DNA of 35,200 nt. Source: an uncultured Oscillospiraceae bacterium (GTDB taxonomy: Bacteria; Bacillota; Clostridia; Oscillospirales; Oscillospiraceae). The DNA lies in contig CALXCS010000101.1 in assembly GCA_944386875.1 (NCBI GenBank), forward strand, positions 1-35,200, written 5' to 3'. Below, piece by piece: positions 27,767 through 35,200 of this stretch (position 1 is its first letter; each line of letters begins with the position of its first letter). The notes beneath the pieces were generated by a model, which saw nothing but the letters and a program-made list of their open reading frames with translations, was not told the origin of the DNA and ran no database searches. A program made the position numbers and the translations under genes.

Positions 27767-27796
27767 TTGACAAAACATACCTTGCTTTAGTATAAT
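27767..27796 (+). promoter_or_regulatory. Near-consensus sigma-A promoter of the tRNA operon
   Basis: TTGACA (27767-27772), 18-nt spacer, TATAAT (27791-27796), preceded by an A/T-rich UP-like stretch. The first tRNA starts about 32 nt downstream. Confidence 0.65.
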
Positions 27797-27827
27797 AGCT
27801 CTTGCCGTTGCGGTTCACGGTTTACAA

Positions 27828-27904
27828 GGGAGTATAGCTCAGCTGGTTAGAGCGCCTGCCTTACAAGCAGGAGGTCACAGGTTCGAGCCCTGTTACTCCC
27901 ACCA
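27828..27904 (+). tRNA. tRNA-Val (anticodon TAC)
   Basis: Hand-folded cloverleaf. Acceptor GGGAGTA/TACTCCC, anticodon loop CTTACAA, T-loop GGTTCGAGCC, encoded CCA. Confidence 0.9.
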
Positions 27905-27913
27905 ATTAGATAC

Positions 27914-27990
27914 GGCCGAGTAGTTCAGTTGGTTAGAACGCCAGCCTGTCACGCTGGAGGTCGAGGGTTCGAGCCCCTTCTCGGTCGCCA
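27914..27990 (+). tRNA. tRNA-Asp (anticodon GTC)
   Basis: Acceptor GGCCGAG/CTCGGTC (one G-U), anticodon loop CTGTCAC, T-loop GGTTCGAGCC, encoded CCA. Confidence 0.9.
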
Positions 27991-28011
27991 CTTCTAATTT
28001 ATTGTCTATAT

Positions 28012-28087
28012 GCCCAGATAGCTCAGCTGGTAGAGCAGTGGACTGAAAATCCACGTGTCGCTGGTTCGACTCCGGCTCTGGGCACCA
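28012..28087 (+). tRNA. tRNA-Phe (anticodon GAA)
   Basis: Acceptor GCCCAGA/TCTGGGC, anticodon loop CTGAAAA, T-loop GGTTCGACTCC, encoded CCA. Confidence 0.9.
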
Positions 28088-28092
28088 TATTT

Positions 28093-28168
28093 GCGGCTGT
28101 AGCTCATCTGGTAGAGCGCCACCTTGCCAAGGTGGAGGTAGCGGGTTCGAGCCCCGTCAGCCGCTCCA
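28093..28168 (+). tRNA. tRNA-Gly (anticodon GCC)
   Basis: Acceptor GCGGCTG/CAGCCGC, anticodon loop TTGCCAA, T-loop GGTTCGAGCC, encoded CCA. Confidence 0.9.
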
Positions 28169-28203
28169 AAGTTATTTAGTTCTGTTTTAATCTAATATTG
28201 TAT

Positions 28204-28278
28204 GGCGACATGGCCAAGTGGTAAGGCAAGGGTCTGCAAAACCCTGATTCCCCGGTTCAAATCCGGGTGTCGCCTCCA
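28204..28278 (+). tRNA. tRNA-Cys (anticodon GCA)
   Basis: Acceptor GGCGACA/TGTCGCC, anticodon loop CTGCAAA, T-loop GGTTCAAATCC, encoded CCA. Confidence 0.9.
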
Positions 28279-28313
28279 AAAAAACAGCGGACAATTTACT
28301 GTCCGCTGTTTTT
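28279..28313. terminator. Bidirectional terminator shared by the tRNA operon and the convergent ATPase gene
   Basis: A-tract, 9-bp stem CAGCGGACA (28285-28293) / TGTCCGCTG (28300-28308), 6-nt loop, T5. Confidence 0.8.
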
Positions 28314-28358
28314 CTATACATAACTTTAAAGACGAATTTTAAAATAATCTTTCTATTT

Positions 28359-30215
28359 TTATCTTTTTCGCCAACGAAGTAAAAGAGCCGAGTTTATTAT
28401 CACCAGAACTGAACCTGCATTATGGACTAGAGCGCCTATTACGGGATCTAGTTTACCTGGGATTGCCAGACTGATCGCCAAAAAGTTTAATAGCATGGAA
28501 AACGTGATGTTGCATTTTATTGTCATCATCATTTTTTTCGAGAGAGAGAAAAGATGCGGTATCTCCTTTACATTGTCATCTACCAGAGCTATGTCCGCAG
28601 CATCTACAGTTATATCGCTGCCGATCCCACCCATTGCAATACCAACATCGGCCTTTTTAAGCGCAGGTGCGTCATTTATGCCGTCTCCAATCATACAGAC
28701 CTTTTGACCATTCTTCTGAAAAGCCTCAATTATTTGCAGCTTGTTCTCAGGCAGACAATTAGCTCTGACATCGGATATGCCCAGCTCCCCAGCAATTGCT
28801 TTGGCGGCATTGCCATTGTCTCCAGTTAGAAGGACGGGATCTATCCCTGCTTTGCTGACGGCACTGACTATCTCTTTACTGCCTGGCCTAATGGTGTCAG
28901 ACAGTGCTAAATATCCGGAGGGCAGACCGTCTATTGCAATATATATAATTGTGTCGCCGTGGGATAAGAGCGACTGAACATCGGCAGGAAGAGATATGCC
29001 GTTTTCGGCAAGTAGTTGGGCATTCCCAGCAATTATTTTATAGTCAGAAACCGTAGCAGATACACCTCTGCCTGGAATCATTTTAAAGTATGTAGGTTCT
29101 GGCGGGAGAAGACCATACTCTGCCTTGAAACTGTCAACTACGGCTTTCCCCAGCGGATGCTCAGAATGAAGTTCTGCTGATGCAGCCAGAGAGAAAAGCG
29201 TCCTCCGGTCGATATCACGGCTCAACGAATTTACGGCTATGACCTGGGGCGTTCCATTGGTAAGGGTACCGGTTTTGTCAAAAGTTATTTTATTTACAGA
29301 GGAGAGACGTTCCAAGGCGTCTCCTTCACTGACCAGGAAGCCGTGCTTTGTGGCATTTCCTATTGCTGCCATGATTGCCGTTGGGGTGGCGAGGACGAGG
29401 GAACACGGGCAGAATACAACGAGAATGGTAACTGCGCGTATTATTTCACCGGTTATTAGCCATGTTGCAGCAGCCGCTGCTAGAGCAATTACAACTATCC
29501 AGGTGGCCCATCTGTCTGCGAGACTGACAATTTTAGCTTTGCCAGCGTCTGCTGACTGAACCAGACGTATCATCCTCTGCATTGAGCTGTCTTCGCCGAC
29601 TTTCTCAGCTTCCATTGTAAAAGAGCCAAATTGGTTTACAGTACCGCTGGCTACATGCTCTCCAGGACCTTTATCTACAGGAAGCGGCTCGCCAGTTATT
29701 AAAGCTTGATTTATTGAGGTCTGGCCAGATATTATAACACCGTCAACAGGTATGCTCTCACCTGGAAGAACACGAATTAAGTCGCCTATTTCGACTTTTT
29801 CTGCAGGTATAATTGCCTCGACACCGTTCTTGATTTGACGTGCAGTCTGAGGAGTCATGTGGACAAGCTTCTCTATGCCTGACCTGGCCTTAGCAACAGT
29901 CAGGTCCTCAAGTAATGCGCCAAGCTGCATTATAAAAGCAACTTCCCCTGCGGCGAAGATTTCATTGGTTGCGATAGATGCTATGAGGGCAAGGGAGACG
30001 AGAACGTCTGCCTTGATGTCAAAGGCAGTGACTAGCCCTATAAAAGCCTCAAGAACTATCGGGATACCGCAAAGTATTACTGCTGCCCAAGAGGCGTCAA
30101 AAGGCAGGGGAAAAAGACCAGATATACTTAATATAAGTGCAATTCCTGATAAAACAAGCAAGATTATTTCCTTTTTGATACCGCCAAATTCTAAAAATTT
30201 TTCAAGATGGTGCAT
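28359..30215 (-). CDS. Heavy-metal-translocating P1B-type ATPase without an N-terminal HMA metal-binding domain
   Basis: It has 'TGEPLPV', the TM6 'CPC' in 'VFCPCSLVLATP', 'DKTGTLT' and 'GDGINDAPAL'. Four TM helices precede the actuator domain. The start is placed at ATG 30215, with AGGAG 8 nt upstream; the ORF-track GTG is at 30224. Metal specificity cannot be resolved from the sequence. Confidence 0.9.
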   Translation of the reverse strand: MHHLEKFLEFGGIKKEIILLVLSGIALILSISGLFPLPFDASWAAVILCGIPIVLEAFIGLVTAFDIKADVLVSLALIASIATNEIFAAGEVAFIMQLGALLEDLTVAKARSGIEKLVHMTPQTARQIKNGVEAIIPAEKVEIGDLIRVLPGESIPVDGVIISGQTSINQALITGEPLPVDKGPGEHVASGTVNQFGSFTMEAEKVGEDSSMQRMIRLVQSADAGKAKIVSLADRWATWIVVIALAAAAATWLITGEIIRAVTILVVFCPCSLVLATPTAIMAAIGNATKHGFLVSEGDALERLSSVNKITFDKTGTLTNGTPQVIAVNSLSRDIDRRTLFSLAASAELHSEHPLGKAVVDSFKAEYGLLPPEPTYFKMIPGRGVSATVSDYKIIAGNAQLLAENGISLPADVQSLLSHGDTIIYIAIDGLPSGYLALSDTIRPGSKEIVSAVSKAGIDPVLLTGDNGNAAKAIAGELGISDVRANCLPENKLQIIEAFQKNGQKVCMIGDGINDAPALKKADVGIAMGGIGSDITVDAADIALVDDNVKEIPHLFSLSKKMMMTIKCNITFSMLLNFLAISLAIPGKLDPVIGALVHNAGSVLVIINSALLLRWRKR

Positions 30216-30242
30216 CTCTCTCACTCCTCTATATACCTATAT

Positions 30243-30292
30243 ATACCCATGGGGGTATAGGTTATTATACCCCCATGGGTATACCATGTCAA
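30243..30292 (-). promoter_or_regulatory. Consensus sigma-A promoter with two mirror-image 16-bp CsoR-type operators
   Basis: On the minus strand: TTGACA (30292-30287), 17-nt spacer, TATAAT (30269-30264). The 16-mer ATACCCATGGGGGTAT (plus 30243-30258) and its exact reverse complement ATACCCCCATGGGTAT (plus 30267-30282) cover the spacer/-10 and the predicted +1 region. Confidence 0.7.
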
Positions 30293-30500
30293 TATAGTGA
30301 GTAAATGAAATTGCGAAAATGCTGTACGGAGGCTGAAAGGGCGCGGGAAAGCTTGTATATATTTCCAATATGTTAGATACCAAAGCGGCATAGCCGTTCT
30401 GACTCTGCCGCTAAATACTATGGAGCTATTAAGAAGATATGATACAGGGTTTGGGAGATTGGAATACTAGAGGGACGCAGCTAATTTATGCAGTGCCGGA

Positions 30501-30776
30501 TTAAGTAATATTGGCAAAGCGCTCAACAGCCTTCGTGAAGTTTTCAATTGTCTTATCTGCGTCGCCGTGTTCGATTCCATCACGTACACAGTGTTTGATA
30601 TGACCTTCCAATACGACCTGCCCTACACGGTGTAAAGCGGATTTTGCTGCGTTTATTTGGGACAGTATGTCTTCACATGGGACATCCTCGTCTACCATTC
30701 TGTCTATAGCCTGAACTTGACCAATAATTTTTTTAAGTCTTCTGTGTAAATTGTCTGAGTCCATACACTGTATCAT
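30501..30776 (-). CDS. csoR: CsoR/RcnR-family metal-sensing transcriptional repressor
   Basis: 91 aa. It has 'RLKKIIGQVQAIDRMVDEDVPCEDILSQI...LEGHIKHC', the family helix pattern with a Cys...His-x3-Cys ligand set. The AGGAGG RBS lies inside the last codons of the upstream gene. Confidence 0.85.
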   Translation of the reverse strand: MIQCMDSDNLHRRLKKIIGQVQAIDRMVDEDVPCEDILSQINAAKSALHRVGQVVLEGHIKHCVRDGIEHGDADKTIENFTKAVERFANIT

Positions 30777-30779
30777 GCT

Positions 30780-32312
30780 CTACCTCCTGAAAAAATCTTT
30801 AAAATTATCGATTTTGCCTTTTCCTGATTTTACTGGGCGGTCAGCAGATAGAAGTTTTGAGGTTTCCTCCTCGTTAGCGCGGTGCTTATCTTCAATCTCT
30901 TCAAAGCTATTGCCAGTAGAAGTACCTTCTCCGCGCCTTAATTCTTCTATTCGCTTGCGCGCAAGCGCGTCAGCGGCGATTTTGCGCTTGCGGCGGTTTT
31001 TGTTATAGACAATTATAAACGCAATGTAGAGGCATAAAAGCAAAAAGAGAAGGACAATAAAAAGACGTACCCATGTATTTGATAATGTACGGCCAATTTC
31101 ATATTTTATGTATGCCAATTTATCTAAAGTTACTGCTGTGTTAGCTACCAGATTTACAGAACCATAGTCTACGCCGTCTAATGATACTGAGACAGAGCCC
31201 AGCACAGTACCCTGATCTATTGGCGCAAAAAGCTCTTCGTTGTTTTCAATATTGTATACTGTGGGAGTGAGAACAGCGCTGCTTATATCAACATCATTTG
31301 CCAGCAGGGCACTTATCTTCTCAGCCGGCCTGAGAACAACGCTGCTTCTTCCGCGTGCAAGCCGCACAGGGACTTCGGTAACAAGGTTCATTGTGCTGAG
31401 TATTTCCTGATAACTGAAGTTTTCAAAACCCCAATCGAACAGTTTGATAGTCTCAGAAAAACTTTGCACCTGGGTTGTACCGTCCTCGATGACTACTGAA
31501 TTTGCCCCCAGCACAACAGAGAGCATTTGCCGGTCTTCATTGGATGCCGTACTGATTAAGCAATATCCGGCTGCATCTGTGTGTCCAGTTTTGACGCCGG
31601 AAGCATATTTATAGTAGTACCTGCTATTGGGATCCATGAGTATATTTGTGCTGGTTAATTGACGTGCCTCAGAGAGATTGGTAGCGGGAACAGTGTGGCT
31701 GTGAACTGACACTATGTCCTCAAAAAGGGGAAGCGACATGGCATTGCGGGTAATCAGATATAAATCATAAGCAGTGGAGTAATGATTGTCGTTTGGCATC
31801 CCGTGGGTATTTGCAAAATGTGTGTTTGTACATCCGAGTTCAGCTGCGCGCTGATTCATCCGGTCCACAAAGGTGTCGATATCTCCAGAAAGATACTCTG
31901 CCAACACATTGCAGGCTTCATTTGCCGACGGGAGCATTGCGCAGTAAAGCAGTTCAAGAAACGACAGTTCTTCACCTTCCATAAGGCCGGCTGTGCTGCC
32001 GTCGGCGGTGATACCGGAATACGCAGTATCACTCACTGTTACGACATCGTCCAAAGAGACATCGCCAGCTGTATAAGACTCAACTGCTAACATTACCGTC
32101 ATGATTTTTGTAAGACTTGCAGGAGCCCTTCTGCTGTCAATATTCTTTTGATACAGAATTTGGCCAGTTGTTGATTCAACTAATAGAGCAGCCTCGGCCA
32201 GTATATCCGGTTCCTCCAGAGCAGACGCCCGGGGTATTGTGACGGATGCCAGTGAAAAGACAAGGGATAAGGCAAAAATGCGTAATAATGCCCTGCGGAT
32301 AAAAATTTTCAT
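30780..32312 (-). CDS. Serine-type D-Ala-D-Ala carboxypeptidase (PBP5/6-like) with a C-terminal TM anchor and charged tail
   Basis: Signal peptide, SxxK as 'ASLTKIMT', SxN as 'PSANEA', KTG as 'VKTGHT'. Late TM helix 'WVRLFIVLLFLLLCLYIAFIIV'. Confidence 0.85.
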   Translation of the reverse strand: MKIFIRRALLRIFALSLVFSLASVTIPRASALEEPDILAEAALLVESTTGQILYQKNIDSRRAPASLTKIMTVMLAVESYTAGDVSLDDVVTVSDTAYSGITADGSTAGLMEGEELSFLELLYCAMLPSANEACNVLAEYLSGDIDTFVDRMNQRAAELGCTNTHFANTHGMPNDNHYSTAYDLYLITRNAMSLPLFEDIVSVHSHTVPATNLSEARQLTSTNILMDPNSRYYYKYASGVKTGHTDAAGYCLISTASNEDRQMLSVVLGANSVVIEDGTTQVQSFSETIKLFDWGFENFSYQEILSTMNLVTEVPVRLARGRSSVVLRPAEKISALLANDVDISSAVLTPTVYNIENNEELFAPIDQGTVLGSVSVSLDGVDYGSVNLVANTAVTLDKLAYIKYEIGRTLSNTWVRLFIVLLFLLLCLYIAFIIVYNKNRRKRKIAADALARKRIEELRRGEGTSTGNSFEEIEDKHRANEEETSKLLSADRPVKSGKGKIDNFKDFFRR

Positions 32313-32484
32313 TTAAATCTCCGAAAAATATGATATAATTATTTTGTTGTTTGCGGCGCATAAAGACGCATCGATGCAAAACAACCGGTGATATGCCGAT
32401 AAGTATCAACTTATATATTTTAGTTTTTTTCCCTTGTAAAATCAATATATTTATCGAAGTTTATATTCTTTTGTGGTTTTTAGT

Positions 32485-32883
32485 ATGAAACTTAAGAAAT
32501 TTGAAGTATGTGTTATTGCTTTGACTGTCATTTCGATTGCCTTCTGCGCGGGTTTTTATGTTGGACGCGGTTCAGATAGAGAGGTAGTCGTAAATATGTT
32601 GCCAGCTGAAGATTATGCTTCCAAAGAGGACGATGTTGTTTCTAATGATACGAAGCAGGATAACTCTGTGAAAGACCCCAGCGACATAGCAAGTAAAATT
32701 AACATTAATACGGCTACACAAGAGGAACTGATGGAACTTCCGGGAATTGGTCCTGTATTGGCTGAGAGGATAATTGACTATAGGCAGACTAACGGTGCCT
32801 TTTCATATGAGGAACAGCTTTTATCAGTGAAAGGAATAGGCGAACATACTTTCAGTGAAATAGAGGACTACATTACCGTTTAA
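32485..32883 (+). CDS. comEA: ComEA-family helix-hairpin-helix DNA-binding protein
   Basis: N-terminal TM anchor and a C-terminal 'INTATQEELMELPGIGPVLAERIIDYR...SVKGIGEHTF' double HhH. The start is placed at ATG 32485; the ORF-track GTG is at 32473. Confidence 0.8.
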   Translation: MKLKKFEVCVIALTVISIAFCAGFYVGRGSDREVVVNMLPAEDYASKEDDVVSNDTKQDNSVKDPSDIASKININTATQEELMELPGIGPVLAERIIDYRQTNGAFSYEEQLLSVKGIGEHTFSEIEDYITV

Positions 32884-32910
32884 AACCCCAGGTAGCAAGG
32901 AGGGCGAAGC

Positions 32911-33591
32911 GTGAAAATACTTGTTGTTGATGATGAAAAACTACTTGTTAAGGGAATTAAATTCAATTTAGAGAATGAGGGATATCAAGTTGAAACTGCA
33001 TATGATGGTGAAGAGGGAGTATCTCTCGCTAAAAGCGGCAACTTTGATTTGATAATCCTTGATGTAATGATGCCTAAGATCAGTGGACTGGAAGCGTGTA
33101 TGAGGATCAGAGAGTTTTCTACAGTTCCGATAATTATGCTTACAGCGAAATCGGAAGATGTGGATAAGATAATCGGGTTTGAATACGGAGCTGACGATTA
33201 TATAACCAAGCCCTTTAATATACTAGAACTGAAAGCAAGAATACGTGCGCTTTTGAGGCGCGCCTCCCTTACTAATCAGGCTGATAATCAACAGGTTATC
33301 TCTTGCGGAGATATAACTGTTGACAGCTCAAGACACGCGGTGACTAAAAATGGCGAACATATTGAGCTTACCAGCCGTGAATTTGAATTGATTGAGCTGC
33401 TTATCCGTAACAAAGGCAGGGTATACAGCCGTGAAAATTTGCTGAACATTATCTGGGGATATGATTACCAAGGAGACATACGTACGGTTGACGTCCATGT
33501 CCACAGACTTAGAGAGAAGTTGGAAACAAATCCTGCTGAACCGGAACACATAATAACAAAGTGGGGAGTTGGGTACTATTTCAAGGGATAG
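32911..33591 (+). CDS. OmpR/PhoB-family response regulator
   Basis: Receiver domain ('ILVVDDE', 'LIILDVMMP', 'LTAKS') and winged-helix output domain ('TVDVHVHRLREKL'). GTG start with AAGGAGGG upstream. Confidence 0.9.
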   Translation: MKILVVDDEKLLVKGIKFNLENEGYQVETAYDGEEGVSLAKSGNFDLIILDVMMPKISGLEACMRIREFSTVPIIMLTAKSEDVDKIIGFEYGADDYITKPFNILELKARIRALLRRASLTNQADNQQVISCGDITVDSSRHAVTKNGEHIELTSREFELIELLIRNKGRVYSRENLLNIIWGYDYQGDIRTVDVHVHRLREKLETNPAEPEHIITKWGVGYYFKG

Positions 33592-35017
33592 TTCTTTGAG
33601 CAGCAGATTTGTCAGTATTAAAGCAAAGTTTCTGCTGACATATATTTCCCTGATAGCTGTAGTCATTGTAATTTTGAATACATACCCGGTAATAATTTCA
33701 AGGGACCTGGTTTTTATCTCAAAAGAGAATACCATTGGATCGCAGACAGTACAAATTAGCACATCACTGGAGGCTCTGGACAGAATATCTCCAGATACGG
33801 TTTCCAGAGTAATGAATATGCTTGAAATCAGTGGCCTGTCAAGCGTGGTCATACTCAACTCCGATCTTGACGAACTGTACAGAGTAGGCAGGAACGCCGA
33901 AGGGTATGAGGAAAATATTGCCTCTGAACTTTTGGATTTGGCTATGAGGGGCAGGAATGAGTTCCGCGCGTCGTTTTCGGACGGGGCGTTTAAAAGTTAT
34001 GCCATAGCGCCTATAATGTCAAATGGCATGCTAAACGGCTACGTATGCGTATACGAATATGATGAAGTTCAAGGCGGTATAATCATTGGACTTCAGAGGG
34101 ACCTTATACAGATTTCATGCGGAATAAGCATATTGGCGGTTATACTCAGCTTTATATACAGCGGCACTTTTACCAGAAGAATAACAAATATATTAGACGC
34201 TATTGAGAGCGTACGTGAAGGAGAGTACAGCTATAGAATAGATGTACGTGGGCATGATGAACTTGCAAAGCTAAGTGCAGAATTTAATAGTCTTACGGAC
34301 AGGCTTCAAAGTACTGAGGAGATCCGTCGCCGATTTGTGGCGGATGCCTCCCATGAACTTAAAACGCCTTTAGCGGCAATAAGGCTTTTAAGCGACAGCA
34401 TATTGGAAAGCGACAATATTGATATAGAAACAGTTAAAGATTTTGTCAGTGATATAAGAGATGAGACTGAGCGCCTGGGCAGGACAACGGCGCAGCTGCT
34501 GGATCTTACTAAACTTGATAATAATATCGTTACAGTCAGAAGCAGCGTAGACTGCTCAAAAGTTGCTGAACGTGTAGTCCGAGCACTAAAGCCGATAGCG
34601 GATGAGAAAAATGTCGATATTGTCTGCAAGCTTAAGGAGGACTGCTGCATATTGGCTACTGAGGATGAGCTCTACCAGATTATCTTCAATTTGGCAGAAA
34701 ACGCTATTAAATATAATGTAGAGGGCGGTGAAGTTACAGTGGAAGTAGCAAAAGATAATGACCACGTGATGATAGCCGTATCAGATACAGGTGTTGGAAT
34801 ACCTGCACAGGATCTTCCTTATATATTTGACAGGTTTTACAGGGTCGATAAGTCTCGCGACCGCGAGGGAGGCGGCAGTGGGCTTGGCCTGTCAATTGTC
34901 AAATCTACGGCTGAAAAACATGGCGGAGAAGTGGAAGCCGTGCGCTTGGACAGCGGCGGTATGTGCTTTAAGGTTACTTTTCCAATTTTGCTCTTTACTA
35001 ATCAAGTGATAAAGTAG
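33569..35017 (+). CDS. Sensor histidine kinase (TM - extracytoplasmic domain - TM - HAMP - HisKA - HATPase_c)
   Basis: H-box 'ASHELKTPL', N-box 'NAIKYN', G-boxes 'DTGVGI' and 'GGSGLGLSI'. The start is uncertain: TTG 33569, overlapping the regulator gene, or TTG 33596 just after its stop. Confidence 0.85.
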   Translation: MGTISRDSSLSSRFVSIKAKFLLTYISLIAVVIVILNTYPVIISRDLVFISKENTIGSQTVQISTSLEALDRISPDTVSRVMNMLEISGLSSVVILNSDLDELYRVGRNAEGYEENIASELLDLAMRGRNEFRASFSDGAFKSYAIAPIMSNGMLNGYVCVYEYDEVQGGIIIGLQRDLIQISCGISILAVILSFIYSGTFTRRITNILDAIESVREGEYSYRIDVRGHDELAKLSAEFNSLTDRLQSTEEIRRRFVADASHELKTPLAAIRLLSDSILESDNIDIETVKDFVSDIRDETERLGRTTAQLLDLTKLDNNIVTVRSSVDCSKVAERVVRALKPIADEKNVDIVCKLKEDCCILATEDELYQIIFNLAENAIKYNVEGGEVTVEVAKDNDHVMIAVSDTGVGIPAQDLPYIFDRFYRVDKSRDREGGGSGLGLSIVKSTAEKHGGEVEAVRLDSGGMCFKVTFPILLFTNQVIK

Positions 35018-35075
35018 TATAATATATGGTACTGCGTTGGTTACTATGGCAATAATTTGCTGTAGGACTTAACAT

Positions 35076-35160
35076 GCGCCTGTGATGGAATTGGTAGACA
35101 TGCGAGATTTAGGTTCTCGTGCAGCGATGCGTGTGGGTTCGAGTCCCTTCAGGCGCACCA
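35076..35160 (+). tRNA. tRNA-Leu (anticodon TAG), long variable arm
   Basis: Acceptor GCGCCTG/CAGGCGC, anticodon loop TTTAGGT, variable arm, T-loop GGTTCGAGTCC, encoded CCA. Confidence 0.9.
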
Positions 35161-35200
35161 AACCAATATAATCCGAACTTGTTTCCGATAGGAGATGGGT

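Noticed and set aside
29857-30297. 146-aa plus-strand ORF over the ATPase 5' end and its promoter
   Set aside because: It is antisense to the ATPase N-terminus, and it would run through the operator/promoter region. Its composition is typical of a mirror-frame artefact.
30306-30377. 23-codon plus-strand ORF (MKLRKCCTEAERARESLYIFPIC) in the csoR-ATPase spacer
   Set aside because: It has no RBS, is very short and lies on the opposite strand to the surrounding operon. There is no evidence beyond an ATG and a stop.
33328-33858. 176-aa minus-strand ORF spanning the response regulator/kinase junction
   Set aside because: It is antisense to two well-supported genes with clear domain motifs. It has no RBS and no recognisable features.
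1-35200. Search by eye for CRISPR arrays, IS elements and inverted terminal repeats, integrase or recombinase genes next to the tRNA genes, reverse transcriptases, toxin-antitoxin pairs and known defence genes
   Set aside because: None was found. All large ORFs are accounted for by the calls above. The only repeats seen are terminator hairpins, the 16-bp operator pair, the ATGCATGAT tandem and the swapped half-sites at 7722-7812. A computational repeat and HMM scan would be needed to exclude degenerate elements.

Overview
This is a chromosomal, mostly housekeeping segment of a spore-forming Firmicute. The Clostridia-like signature rests on spoVB, spoIIR, addBA, an SLH wall protein and tRNAs with encoded CCA. 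Gene order left to right: tlyA (partial)-nadK-argR-recN, a conserved Firmicute block; tyrS; a compositionally odd two-gene membrane module of unknown function; an ArsP_2-type metal exporter; recG; spoVB; a DUF378 gene; an AsnC/Lrp regulator + aminotransferase + ApgM-type mutase + ispE; spoIIR; three secreted or unknown accessory genes; addB-addA; rpmE; an SLH protein; a Val-Asp-Phe-Gly-Cys tRNA operon; a CsoR-type repressor plus P1B ATPase; a D-Ala-D-Ala carboxypeptidase; comEA; an OmpR-type two-component pair; and tRNA-Leu. The ApgM-type mutase is broken by a single in-frame TAG. Several ORF-track starts are over-extended, because RBS positions and promoter-like elements inside the extensions support shorter genes. 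By eye I see no CRISPR array, transposase, integrase, reverse transcriptase, phage gene or recognisable defence gene, so I cannot honestly claim a clear novel system. The best candidates for follow-up are: (1) the GC3-rich orphan gene pair at 4922-6779 and its 368-bp leader; (2) the amber-interrupted mutase; (3) the dual mirror-image operators inside a consensus promoter upstream of the ATPase; and (4) the recG terminator/spoVB junction.
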